Source: a virus
Direction: 5' to 3' (one strand)
Virus record (IMG/VR): IMGVR_UViG_3300031754_000001
Span: 32,001 to 96,000 of that record
DNA length: 64,000 bases
Numbering within the stretch: the first letter of the stretch is position 1; each line of letters starts with the position of its first letter. The notes under the pieces are model-generated. The model saw only the letters and a program-made list of their open reading frames with translations. It searched no databases and was not told the origin of the DNA. A program made the position numbers and the translations under genes. Positions 43,230 through 52,369 of this stretch are shown here, in pieces.

Positions 43230-43738
43230 GTGCTGAGACGATGCCTGCTGGCACGACATCCGCACAGCGGGTGATCCCCCGCGTCGTGACCGTTCTCCTG
43301 CTGATCATCGCAGGACTCGCGGTCATCCCGTCGCTTGCGGTGCCGGCACAGGCGAGCACCCGGTACGTCGGGGCGCGCATCCTGGACCAGGCCGAGACCC
43401 GGCTCAATGACCCGTACAGCTACGGCTCGGCCGGTCCCTACTACTTCGACTGCAGCGGGCTGGTGGACTGGTCAGCCGTCTCCGTCGGGGAGCGGAACTG
43501 GCCCCGCGACACGTACGGCATCGCCGCCCAGATCGGGTACCGGTTCGTGCTCACCTCGCACCCGGTCCGCGGTGACCTGGCGCTGTGGGGCACCGTACGG
43601 GCGCCGTACCACGTGGAGATCGTGACGGCGTGGAGCGGATGGACATTCGGCGCTGAAACGTCAACATGGGCCGGCCGGGTGACATGGCATTCCAGCGCGT
43701 GGTTCCCGCCGTCGTTCTACCTGCACATCCTCTGGTGA
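43226..43738 (+). CDS. Secreted NlpC/P60 peptidase
   Basis: Signal peptide (AQA), PYSYGSAGP..FDCSGL, YHV. Confidence 0.88.
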   Translation: MSAETMPAGTTSAQRVIPRVVTVLLLIIAGLAVIPSLAVPAQASTRYVGARILDQAETRLNDPYSYGSAGPYYFDCSGLVDWSAVSVGERNWPRDTYGIAAQIGYRFVLTSHPVRGDLALWGTVRAPYHVEIVTAWSGWTFGAETSTWAGRVTWHSSAWFPPSFYLHILW

Positions 43739-43858
43739 GCCGCGGAGTGCGGTCTGGCCCCCCGCTTACGGGCCGCGCTCCGCATCCAGTCGCGCGGTAG
43801 GCTGGCCGGGACACTATACAGAGTCCGGACCTGCCTAGCGCGGCAATGACAATGACGG

Positions 43859-43890
43859 AAGCCCCGTACCTCGGCCGGGTACGGGGCTTT
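43859..43890. terminator. Bidirectional terminator between convergent arms
   Basis: AAGCCCCGTACC...GGTACGGGGCTTT. Confidence 0.75.
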
Positions 43891-43902
43891 CGCCGTGCGC
43901 GG

Positions 43903-44637
43903 CTAGCCGACCAGGGTGATCAGGTCGGCGGCGATTTCCTCCGGGTCGGTCACCGAGTCGAACGAGACCACCTTGACGTGGCTCTTGCCGAACTTGTCCT
44001 GGGCCTGGTTCTTCCTCGCGCCCTCCTGGTAGGCCGCCACGGTGGCGTCGTGCCTCTGCCCGTGCCCGACGATCGCGACCGCGAACACGCACTTGGCGGT
44101 GGCCTTCTCCAGGACTGGCTCGAACTCCATCCAGTCGTCGGCCTCGCCGTCCGTGAGCACGACGACCTCCATGACGGGCTGCTCGTCGGGGTCCCGGTCG
44201 CCGAACTCCTCGTCGTAGTCGGCGAGCGCCGCCTTCCAGGCCGGCATGATGTACGTCCGGCCGCCCCAGGCGATGGAGCTGAGCCGGCGCTCCAGGTTCG
44301 CGGAGTTCAGGTCGCCGATCTCCACATGGGTGTTGGCGAACCCGTGCGTCATCAGGCCGCCGCGCTCGTCGCTGCCCTCCGCCTGCTCGGCCGCCGCCTC
44401 GGAGTCCTCGGTCTCCAGGGAGCGCACGAGGATGCCGAGCGCGCCGATGACGATGGCCCGGCGGCTGCCCGGGTCCGGGAAATCGTGTCCGGCGTCGCTG
44501 GCGGCCGGCCAGTCCATGGACGTGGACAGGTCAAGCAGGAGAACGGGCTCCCTCTTGCGGTTAGCCGAGACGGCCGGGCCGATCTCGCTGCGCGGGGTGC
44601 GGGCGGGACCGCCGGTCTCGGTACGCGGTGCAGTCAT
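43903..44637 (-). CDS. Stand-alone vWA-domain protein
   Basis: MIDAS DLSTSM, T, VVLTDGE. Confidence 0.8.
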   Translation of the reverse strand: MTAPRTETGGPARTPRSEIGPAVSANRKREPVLLLDLSTSMDWPAASDAGHDFPDPGSRRAIVIGALGILVRSLETEDSEAAAEQAEGSDERGGLMTHGFANTHVEIGDLNSANLERRLSSIAWGGRTYIMPAWKAALADYDEEFGDRDPDEQPVMEVVVLTDGEADDWMEFEPVLEKATAKCVFAVAIVGHGQRHDATVAAYQEGARKNQAQDKFGKSHVKVVSFDSVTDPEEIAADLITLVG

Positions 44638-44775
44638 GATTCGTATCCTTTCCCCGGAGGACCGTCCTCCGGCACGTGCCAGCGTGGCCGTCCTGATCCG
44701 CGCTGGCACGTGCCGGGCTACGGTACCGCGGTGCGAGGCCCGTGCCAGTTCCGGCCAGGCACGGGCCTCGCGTCG

Positions 44776-45081
44776 TCATCCTGGCTGGTGCCCGTGCCGC
44801 CAGGCGGGGTGCCCGGGAACATCGAGCCCGGATTCGTACGCCTGTGCTGCCTGCTTCAGGTGGCCGGTGACACCCTCGGCAGCGCTAGGGACCGCATCGT
44901 ATGCGCCGCCGAGCTGGATAGCGTACAGCGCCGCCTGACGGGCAGCTGAGACCACCACGTCGTCGTGCTCCCACCGGGTGAGCACGACATTCCGGTCATC
45001 GACGGCGATGAGGTATGTCCAGTCCGTCCCATGAGCCACGGACCACCCGCCAGGATCATCCATCCAGTTCAGGGTGGTCAT
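44776..45081 (-). CDS. Hypothetical protein
   Basis: Coupled operon member. Confidence 0.6.
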   Translation of the reverse strand: MTTLNWMDDPGGWSVAHGTDWTYLIAVDDRNVVLTRWEHDDVVVSAARQAALYAIQLGGAYDAVPSAAEGVTGHLKQAAQAYESGLDVPGHPAWRHGHQPG

Positions 45082-45431
45082 CAGTCCGTCCCCGCCCGCA
45101 CCCAGATCCGGCCTTCCGTGTCCGGGATGATGACCAGGCCACCGGACGGGATTAGCTCGATGGTGATGCCGTCCGCGTCGTTAGCCGAGGGGGTGACCTC
45201 GAACTTGCCCTGAAGGATCACGGTGCTGTCCTCCGGCAGCGCGATCTCGATGTCATCGGCCGACAGCCGGACATTAGTTTTCGTTTCCGCGTGCGTGCTG
45301 GCAGCCAGATCGAGCTGATCTCGCAATCTCCTGTTCCCCTCCGTCAGGTAGCGGTTATGCCGCTCCAGGCTGGCGATGTAATCCTTGACCCAGGCCTGGG
45401 AGATCTTCGCTATCCGCTCGGGCGTGACCAT
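45081..45431 (-). CDS. Hypothetical protein with coiled coil
   Basis: WVKDYIASLER motif; operon member. Confidence 0.6.
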   Translation of the reverse strand: MVTPERIAKISQAWVKDYIASLERHNRYLTEGNRRLRDQLDLAASTHAETKTNVRLSADDIEIALPEDSTVILQGKFEVTPSANDADGITIELIPSGGLVIIPDTEGRIWVRAGTD

Positions 45432-45434
45432 TGA

Positions 45435-47339
45435 CTACGCCCCGGCCTTCACCAGCGGATGCTGGGCGTCGGCGAACGACTGGACCTGCTGCTGGCTATT
45501 GCCGGCGGTCACCCTGAGCACCCTGAACGTGACGGCATCACCGGCCTTCGCCAGGACGATGGCCGGCCCGGCCGCGCTAGTGCCCGTGTAGACCCTGGTG
45601 TAGTCCGGCTTCCCGCCCGCACCGCACAGGGTGAGATAGTAGACGGTGTTGCCGCCGGAGGTGTCCGGGTCCTTCTCGCACAGTTTCCCGGTGACGATCA
45701 CCTCGGCGGCCCCGGCTCCGGGTGCGTTGCCGTTGGCGTTTGCCTGGCCGGCCAGCTGGGTGAACAGGTTAGCCAGCGCCTGCGCCCGGGTGCTGCCGAA
45801 GACGGCGTTGGCCGCGGTCGCGGAGTAGGCGGGCACGAACCCGACCCCGGAGAAGGTGGGGTTGTCCGCCGGCGCCTCGCCGTTCCCGCACGGGTCACCG
45901 TTATCACCTTCCTGCTGGGTACTCGCATCGGCTTGCGCGCCGTTGTTCTTGGATGATTCGTAGCTGGCCATCCAGACCAGCGTGCCGTCGATGACGTGCA
46001 GGCTCATGTGCTCCGGGACCAGGTGGTTGGACCGGACGTTGCCTGCCCCGGTGCCCTGGGCGTTGCAGAAGGCCGACGCGACCGAGGTCTCGATACCCAT
46101 CGGGCCGGCCGGGCGGTAGATCTGCATGGCCCCGGTGGCGGAGTTCATCTCCACGATCCGGTAGACGGACGTCTCGGAGTTGAACGAGGTGAGCAGCATC
46201 CGCCAGGACGGGTTCTCGTTCCCGGTGTAGGTCAGGACGGGATCGCCGGAGACCTGGAACCGGTTGGCGTTGGTGCTGCCGATGCCCGGCCAGCCGCCCT
46301 GCGCGTACAGGCCGTACCAGTTCGCGATCTGCGCGGCCATGGCCTGGCTGTAAACCCGGTCCACCCAGGGCGCGTGCGCCGACAGCAGGTTGCTGCCGTG
46401 GCCCGGCAGGTCGTACCGGGCGATCACCCCGGTGTGCGCGTTGATCAGCAGCACGCCGACCGGCGCCATGAAGGTCTCGCCGAGCTGCGGCCGGAGCAGG
46501 GTGACCGTGAAGTACGGGTCGCCGGTCCCGTCCTGGATTTCCAGGGTCGGGTCGTCCAGGAGATACCCGGCGTAGCCGTGGTCACGCGCGTAGCGCAGCG
46601 GCTCGGAGCCCTGCCCGCCGGCCAGGCTGACGATCATGGAGTACTGGCCGTCATAGCGCTCTACCGGTTCCGCATTCGGGTCCTCGGCCGAGATCATGAT
46701 GTACCCGGGAACGATCCCGTGCAGCCGCTGCTTGTTGCCCGCGCCGTCGAACTCCAGCTGGAAGACGTACCACATCTTCCCGTCCACCCGCTGCAGGGTG
46801 GCCGGGCCGGGGTTCGTGTAGGTGGCGAAATTGCGGGTCGCCGCGATTCCCGAGGACATCGCCTGAGATGCCCGGGTCGCCGCCTCATCCGGGGTGACGG
46901 TCACCAGGTCGGCGGTAGAGCTGGCCGGCAGGGCATCGCCCGGTTCCTGGGTGACGGACACGATGCCGGACGCGGCCTTGTGCGCGTCATGCGGGCCGTT
47001 GACCCCGGCGACCCAGCCGGACCCGGAGGCGAGCACGGCCGCGAGCATGACGAACGGCGCCACGGACAGGCCGCCGGCAGCGCCATCGGCGATGGCCGCG
47101 ATGACCAGGGCGAGCACCAGGTCAGCGAAAATCAGGGGCAGCACCCCGAAAAGGGTCGCGGTCGGCAGGGCGAACCCGACGACCGGCCAGGTGACGATGA
47201 ACCCGGTGATGATCAGGTTCCCGAAGAAATTGACGGCTGCTGCGGTGCCGCCGTCGCCTTTCGACCTGGCGAGCGAGGACACAGCGGTGATGATGCCGAG
47301 GACGAGCCCGGCGATCAGCCCCGCGACGATTGCTGGCAT
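45435..47339 (-). CDS. Membrane protein, about 4 TM plus large extracellular domain
   Basis: Hydrophobic N-terminus; PGY...SA.DP, P.WVDRVY motifs. Confidence 0.8.
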   Translation of the reverse strand: MPAIVAGLIAGLVLGIITAVSSLARSKGDGGTAAAVNFFGNLIITGFIVTWPVVGFALPTATLFGVLPLIFADLVLALVIAAIADGAAGGLSVAPFVMLAAVLASGSGWVAGVNGPHDAHKAASGIVSVTQEPGDALPASSTADLVTVTPDEAATRASQAMSSGIAATRNFATYTNPGPATLQRVDGKMWYVFQLEFDGAGNKQRLHGIVPGYIMISAEDPNAEPVERYDGQYSMIVSLAGGQGSEPLRYARDHGYAGYLLDDPTLEIQDGTGDPYFTVTLLRPQLGETFMAPVGVLLINAHTGVIARYDLPGHGSNLLSAHAPWVDRVYSQAMAAQIANWYGLYAQGGWPGIGSTNANRFQVSGDPVLTYTGNENPSWRMLLTSFNSETSVYRIVEMNSATGAMQIYRPAGPMGIETSVASAFCNAQGTGAGNVRSNHLVPEHMSLHVIDGTLVWMASYESSKNNGAQADASTQQEGDNGDPCGNGEAPADNPTFSGVGFVPAYSATAANAVFGSTRAQALANLFTQLAGQANANGNAPGAGAAEVIVTGKLCEKDPDTSGGNTVYYLTLCGAGGKPDYTRVYTGTSAAGPAIVLAKAGDAVTFRVLRVTAGNSQQQVQSFADAQHPLVKAGA

Positions 47340-47363
47340 GAGCGTGTCTCCTGTTCGTGGGTT

Positions 47364-48227
47364 CTAGAACGGCTTGCGCACGGCGATCGCGTGCGGTCCG
47401 GGCATGGACTGGACGGTGGCATCGCGGAGGACGCGGAGTACCACCTGGGGATTGCCGGAAAGGACGAACGGCTGGCCGACGCTGACGGTCCAGGTAGTCC
47501 CGTCGCTGTCGGTCACGTCCGCCTGGCCGCCGCTGACGGTGGCGGTAACGCTGCCCGTGGTGTCAGCCGCCCAGCCGGGATCTCCGGCCGGGATCGCCCA
47601 GGGCGCCGGGTAGTACAGGCCGTCCTGAAGCAGCACGAGCTGCGCCTGGCTGGTCCCGGCTGACGGGCTCGCCGCGGCCGGGACGTTCCAGTCGGCCCGG
47701 AACTGCTGCAGGCCGGTCAGCGGTCCCTGGGCCGGCTGCTGCGCCGGGTTCACCGGAGCCCCGGCCGCGGGCGGGCTGCCCTGACTGGAACCTGCTATCG
47801 CATGCCAGATGAGCACGCTGGCGCACAGGCTGACCGCGATGACCGCGAGCGTGATGACGACCTGCACCGCATGGCGGGCCAGCCAGGTACCGGATGACGG
47901 ATCCCGGCTAACTGAACTCTTCTCTAGCTGCCACCACTCACGGCCGTCCTGGAACCCGCCGATCACCGCGTCCAGCTCGGCGCGCTGGCTGTCCGTCAGC
48001 GGCGGGTTCGCCTCCCGGTACCCGATCAGCCAGAACCGCGCCCTGGCTTCCAGGTCCGCCGTGGCTCCCGGATGCGGGCCGCGGAACTGGGCGAGCAGCT
48101 GGCTCAGGGTCCTGCTGTCACTGTCCGGCAGGGCGACGGCCAGCCCGGCCGCCGTCCCGGTCTGATCCTGCTGCCACATCTCCACGCGGCGCAGGAAATC
48201 CAGCGCGGGGGTAGGTGATGCGCTCAC
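47364..48227 (-). CDS. Single-TM membrane protein
   Basis: Central TM helix; coupled. Confidence 0.7.
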   Translation of the reverse strand: MSASPTPALDFLRRVEMWQQDQTGTAAGLAVALPDSDSRTLSQLLAQFRGPHPGATADLEARARFWLIGYREANPPLTDSQRAELDAVIGGFQDGREWWQLEKSSVSRDPSSGTWLARHAVQVVITLAVIAVSLCASVLIWHAIAGSSQGSPPAAGAPVNPAQQPAQGPLTGLQQFRADWNVPAAASPSAGTSQAQLVLLQDGLYYPAPWAIPAGDPGWAADTTGSVTATVSGGQADVTDSDGTTWTVSVGQPFVLSGNPQVVLRVLRDATVQSMPGPHAIAVRKPF

Positions 48228-48568
48228 CGGTTCCTCCGGTCATCTAGGTACGACAGGTCCACGTCATCGAGCCCGCCGGCACTCGCGGCGATGTCGTCGT
48301 GCAGCTTGGGCACCTCAGCTTCCAGGCTGGCTATCTCGGCTAGCAGGATCCCGATCTGGCCCTGGCGGAGATCATGGCCGTCCCAGTTCGGATGCTGGGT
48401 GACGGTGCGGCGCAGCGCGGTCAGCTGTTCCTGGTCGCTGGCCAGCAGCGCTTCCTTGCGGGCGATGGCCAGGCGCAGCGACAAGATGCGCTGCAGCCGG
48501 ATCTCGGTACCCGCGACCGGGTGCGGCTCGCGCGGTGGCGGCGAAACCGGTTCTCTCTTGCGGAACAT
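48224..48568 (-). CDS. Coiled-coil protein
   Basis: Heptad pattern; coupled. Confidence 0.65.
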   Translation of the reverse strand: MFRKREPVSPPPREPHPVAGTEIRLQRILSLRLAIARKEALLASDQEQLTALRRTVTQHPNWDGHDLRQGQIGILLAEIASLEAEVPKLHDDIAASAGGLDDVDLSYLDDRRNR

Positions 48569-48581
48569 GAACGATTTCCCC

Positions 48582-49487
48582 CTAGTGCGGCCGAGCCGGG
48601 CCGGCCAGGTTCAGCCAGGCGCCCGCACCGGCCGCGGCCATGACCAGGAACCCGATGACGAGCAGCCCGCGGACCAGCCACGGGTTACGGGACGGCAGCC
48701 CGGCCAGGGTGACGTGATCAAGCAGCCAGTGCGTGCGGAACCGGTGCGCGGGAGTGCCGATCACCTTGTCGCCGCGCAGTGCGTTCAGGCCCTGGGTGCT
48801 ACGGACCTTGGCGGCCGAGCGCTCGGCGAAGAACCACTGGATGTCATCGGCGATCCGCTGGACTACCTTCGTGGCCGCAAGGCCGCCGGCGATGCCCATG
48901 GCCACCGTGATCCAGGTCCCGGCGGCCACCCACCCGTTCGCCTCAGACGCCAGCACGCCGAACCGGGCGGGCACCTCCAGGCCGTGCTGCTGCAACCAGG
49001 CGACTTTCCAGGCCAGCACGCCGATCACGGCGATGGGAATCAGCGCAACGCCGATCGCCAGCGGGACGCGAGTCAGGTACGCCTTCAGGCCCGGGTTGTC
49101 GTCAGCCGGGTATTTCGGCTTGGCGAACAACAGCCGGACGATGATGGTGGCGATCACGGCGATACCGACGTCGCGGATGTCATGCCGCCAGGCCACCCAC
49201 CAGGCCGGAGCCGCCTGGCTGGCCCAGTGGTACCCGAGCAGGTTGGAGGCATGCACCGGCAGCCGGTCCCACGGGTCTTTCAGGTACAGGACCGTCCACA
49301 GCCCCTGGCCGTAGCCGACCGCGTACCGGACCTGGAAGGCGGCGAAATAGCCGAAGCTGACCGCCCATTTGATCAGGTGCGCGATGACCACACTCCAGAG
49401 AACGGATTCCAGGCCCAGCCAGGACAGCAGGCGGATCTTCGGGATGTCCAGCCGGGTTTCCTGCTGGGTGACAGGGATGGCGGTCAT
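48582..49487 (-). CDS. Multi-pass membrane protein
   Basis: About five hydrophobic segments, WRHDIRD motif. Confidence 0.75.
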   Translation of the reverse strand: MTAIPVTQQETRLDIPKIRLLSWLGLESVLWSVVIAHLIKWAVSFGYFAAFQVRYAVGYGQGLWTVLYLKDPWDRLPVHASNLLGYHWASQAAPAWWVAWRHDIRDVGIAVIATIIVRLLFAKPKYPADDNPGLKAYLTRVPLAIGVALIPIAVIGVLAWKVAWLQQHGLEVPARFGVLASEANGWVAAGTWITVAMGIAGGLAATKVVQRIADDIQWFFAERSAAKVRSTQGLNALRGDKVIGTPAHRFRTHWLLDHVTLAGLPSRNPWLVRGLLVIGFLVMAAAGAGAWLNLAGPARPH

Positions 49488-50032
49488 GAGATGATCTCCT
49501 GTTCCGTGTTATCCGCATGCTGCTCAGCTTCGCGCAGGGCAGCGATGACAGGACCGGATACGAAGCTGACGATCGCGGACCATTCCTGCGGGTCCATGTC
49601 CTTGATCAGCTTGTGAATGACAACTGATTCCGGCGAATCCACGGCCTTGCGGAACGCGGTGTGGAAACCCTCGCCGATCATGGACCGGATGTCCTCTTCG
49701 GTCACCCCGTGCAAGCCGCCGATCGCATGCAGCTGCTCGCGCAGGACCAGGATCTCGCTGATCAGGGCCAGGGTGCCAGCCGGGGAGGATAGCCCGTTCT
49801 CCGCGTGACGCCGGGCGCGGGCCAGGTCCTTGTCACTCATCCCGCCCGTCAGCGGCAGCGGTCCCGGCGGGGTGTCGGGGATGCTCGCGCCCAGTTCCCA
49901 CAATGCCGCGTGCGCGGCCCGGACACGCCGGCGTCCGTCGTACCCGATAGGCCCGGACGCGTTCTCGTAGACGTCCTTGATTTCGGTTATGGCGGCCAGG
50001 AACTGCTGCCGCTGGGTCGGCTTCCCGTTCAT
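49484..50032 (-). CDS. Hypothetical protein
   Basis: ATGA overlaps on both sides. Confidence 0.65.
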   Translation of the reverse strand: MNGKPTQRQQFLAAITEIKDVYENASGPIGYDGRRRVRAAHAALWELGASIPDTPPGPLPLTGGMSDKDLARARRHAENGLSSPAGTLALISEILVLREQLHAIGGLHGVTEEDIRSMIGEGFHTAFRKAVDSPESVVIHKLIKDMDPQEWSAIVSFVSGPVIAALREAEQHADNTEQEIIS

Positions 50033-50496
50033 GCCGGGCTCCCGGCCGTCGCACTCGGGCTTGCATTAGCCGCCAGGGCCGCGGTGTAAGCCGCCTGGGC
50101 GCACGGCTGCCAGCCGGACTGGCGGAGCGCGGCCACGCTGCCCAGCTTCTGGTAGGCGGCGGCCAGGCACTTGCCCAGGCTGATCTCGATCGCGTGCCGG
50201 GCGTGCGCGTCCTGGACGGCCGGGATCTTGCCCTCGGCGCAGGACCTGGCCGTGGTCACCGGGTGCGGCTGCGCCATGGCCTGCTGGGTGAAGCACGGGC
50301 TGAAGATTTTCTCAGCCTGCCGCATGTCCGCCGATGCGGTGGGGTTGGCCATGGCCGAGCTGGCCCGCGCGGCGGCGGAACTGGCGTTACCGCCGGCCTG
50401 CCCGCTGTGCGAGGAGCCGCAGGCGGTCATCACCGCCAGGATTACCGCTGCGATAACGGCCGCCGTCAGCCTCGCGAGGATCTTCGTGCTCATCAT
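50029..50496 (-). CDS. Lipoprotein
   Basis: Signal peptide with MTAC lipobox, four further Cys; RBS AGGAG. Confidence 0.75.
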   Translation of the reverse strand: MMSTKILARLTAAVIAAVILAVMTACGSSHSGQAGGNASSAAARASSAMANPTASADMRQAEKIFSPCFTQQAMAQPHPVTTARSCAEGKIPAVQDAHARHAIEISLGKCLAAAYQKLGSVAALRQSGWQPCAQAAYTAALAANASPSATAGSPA

Positions 50497-50730
50497 GATC
50501 TCCTGTCTGATTCCGTGGTCTGGGATCTTAGGTGCCGGGTACCAGTACATGCGCGGGATTACCCTGGCCCGGCCGGCCGCGTGCCGCTAAGCTGTCAGCC
50601 GCTCTTTTCCCTGTCCTCGTATTTAGCGGCGTTCTTCCTGTCCTGGTCAACGCGGGCCTGCTGGGCCGTGTCCTTCCGGATCTGCTGCCGGGCCAGTTCC
50701 TTCGCCCTGTTCTTCACGGGTTCCCTCCTC

Positions 50731-50892
50731 TCAGGGATCGCTGCACACCTGCGTAAAGTGCGGTTTCCCGGCCATGGACGGAGCCAGGTGGCAGGTCGGC
50801 TGCGGGCTCATCGCCAGCCAGGTAATCAGGCCGGTCAGCACCCCGATGGCGAAAATGAGCAGCAGGCCGGCCCAGTCCCGGATGAACCTCAT
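50731..50892 (-). CDS. Small membrane protein
   Basis: One TM helix; ATGA overlap. Confidence 0.5.
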   Translation of the reverse strand: MRFIRDWAGLLLIFAIGVLTGLITWLAMSPQPTCHLAPSMAGKPHFTQVCSDP

Positions 50893-51206
50893 GCCAGCGG
50901 GTTCCGTGCTTCCGTCCGCCGGAGCGTGACAGACTTCGGGCTGGTGTAATCGAGAAGCCACCGGAACAACCCCTCGAACGGATTAATGATATTGAGTGAT
51001 ACCCGGACGGTCTCGCCTTCCATCTGGACGCCCTCCCCGATCTCCTCGTTGAGGAAACCCCACTCGCTCTCCGCCTGCTCGCGGCAGAACTTGTAGAATT
51101 CCGCGGCCTCGCCCAGGCCGCCCTCGTACATTCCCGCGTCGATGGTGTCCTGGACGGAATCGAATTCCGCGGTCATCAGCCACCGCTCCTCCAATAGCCT
51201 GCTCAT
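50889..51206 (-). CDS. Hypothetical protein
   Basis: Coupled operon member. Confidence 0.6.
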   Translation of the reverse strand: MSRLLEERWLMTAEFDSVQDTIDAGMYEGGLGEAAEFYKFCREQAESEWGFLNEEIGEGVQMEGETVRVSLNIINPFEGLFRWLLDYTSPKSVTLRRTEARNPLA

Positions 51207-51505
51207 GCCGGGTCCTCCGCGGCTTGCGCTTTCAGGTGCTGGACGGCCATCCCGGCGATGAGCCCGTCAAGCCAGACCGCGGCGAGCTGAACTTCCCGGC
51301 GCTGAGTCCCCGGATTCCGGGCCATGCGCCTTACGGCGACGAGTGCCCGCTGGCCGGCCATGTAAGCAGCAGAATCCGGGTCCAGGTACCGGGCGATCAT
51401 GTCCGTGACGGGCTGCCCGGATTCCGCCTGGGCGTCCTGGCGGATCAGCACCTGGGACAGCAGCCAGAAATCCGGGTGGTCCGGCCGTCCCGGGAACTCG
51501 CTCAC
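51203..51505 (-). CDS. Conserved-looking phage protein
   Basis: FPGRPDHPDFW motif. Confidence 0.65.
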   Translation of the reverse strand: MSEFPGRPDHPDFWLLSQVLIRQDAQAESGQPVTDMIARYLDPDSAAYMAGQRALVAVRRMARNPGTQRREVQLAAVWLDGLIAGMAVQHLKAQAAEDPA

Positions 51506-51888
51506 GACAGCGCCGCCGTCAGCCGCCCGAGCGGGCTGTCTGGCGCGATTTCCGCCGGCATGCCCAGCGCGGCCCTGGCCCAGGGCTGGTTCAGGACCTC
51601 GATCAGCGGGGCCAGGTCCTCGCGGACGCCAGCCGGGATCTCGCCGGCATCCAGGACGGGTTCGCCGGCATCCAGTGCGGGTTCGCCGTCAGCGAGCGCA
51701 TCGATCGTACCGAGGGCAATCCGCGCGTGCTCGTACTTGATGACGCTGGCCGTGAACCCGTCCCTGGGCACGTCGCCGGCTTCGAGGGCCGCCTGGTGCT
51801 CAGTGATGGCTTCCTGGATCAGCTTGAGGGACCGCTTCGCCGCGGTGAGATTCCGCGTTCGCCGGGTCCTGGCGGGATTTGCCGTCAT
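51502..51888 (-). CDS. Hypothetical protein
   Basis: RBS AGGAG; LDAGE repeats. Confidence 0.65.
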   Translation of the reverse strand: MTANPARTRRTRNLTAAKRSLKLIQEAITEHQAALEAGDVPRDGFTASVIKYEHARIALGTIDALADGEPALDAGEPVLDAGEIPAGVREDLAPLIEVLNQPWARAALGMPAEIAPDSPLGRLTAALS

Positions 51889-51901
51889 GATCGTGTTTCT
51901 C

Positions 51902-52204
51902 CTATCGGGGCAGCGAAGACAGGGTTCCGGTTACTGCCGGGCACCAGTCCTCGTGCAGCTTATTTTCCGGCTGGGCACAGCCAGCGCAAATGCGGTCGCG
52001 CACCAGGCTTCCGTAGCCGGGCCGGGCCGGGATTTCCAGGGCGCCGCCGAGAATGGCCAGCCCGACCGGGACGACCGCGGCCACGGGCTCGCCGTCATCC
52101 GTCAGCCAGGTGATCCGGTCCTGGTTCCTGGCCAGGCCGATAGCCTCGCGCAAGGCCTGCTCGTTGTCGCCGAGACCGTACAGGCTGATGTCCAGCTCAT
52201 TCAT
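51902..52204 (-). CDS. Phd/YefM-like small protein with Cys/His tail
   Basis: TWLTDDGEPVAAVVPV resembles antitoxin N-terminal fold. Confidence 0.5.
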   Translation of the reverse strand: MNELDISLYGLGDNEQALREAIGLARNQDRITWLTDDGEPVAAVVPVGLAILGGALEIPARPGYGSLVRDRICAGCAQPENKLHEDWCPAVTGTLSSLPR

Positions 52205-52359
52205 GACGGCCCCTCCGTCCGGGCTGAGGGCAGCGGGAGGTCATGGCTGGGTGCGTCGTAGCACACATCGGTCTGGCCGCAGACCTCGCAGGGACCCGCG
52301 CTCCGGGTCATGGTTTCCGGCCAGCCGTTCTTCCTCTGGCACTCCGGGCAGTAGAACAT
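52201..52359 (-). CDS. Small zinc-finger protein
   Basis: MFYCPEC...S.GPCEVCG; RBS AGGAG. Confidence 0.65.
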   Translation of the reverse strand: MFYCPECQRKNGWPETMTRSAGPCEVCGQTDVCYDAPSHDLPLPSARTEGPS

Positions 52360-52369
52360 CGTGTTTCTC

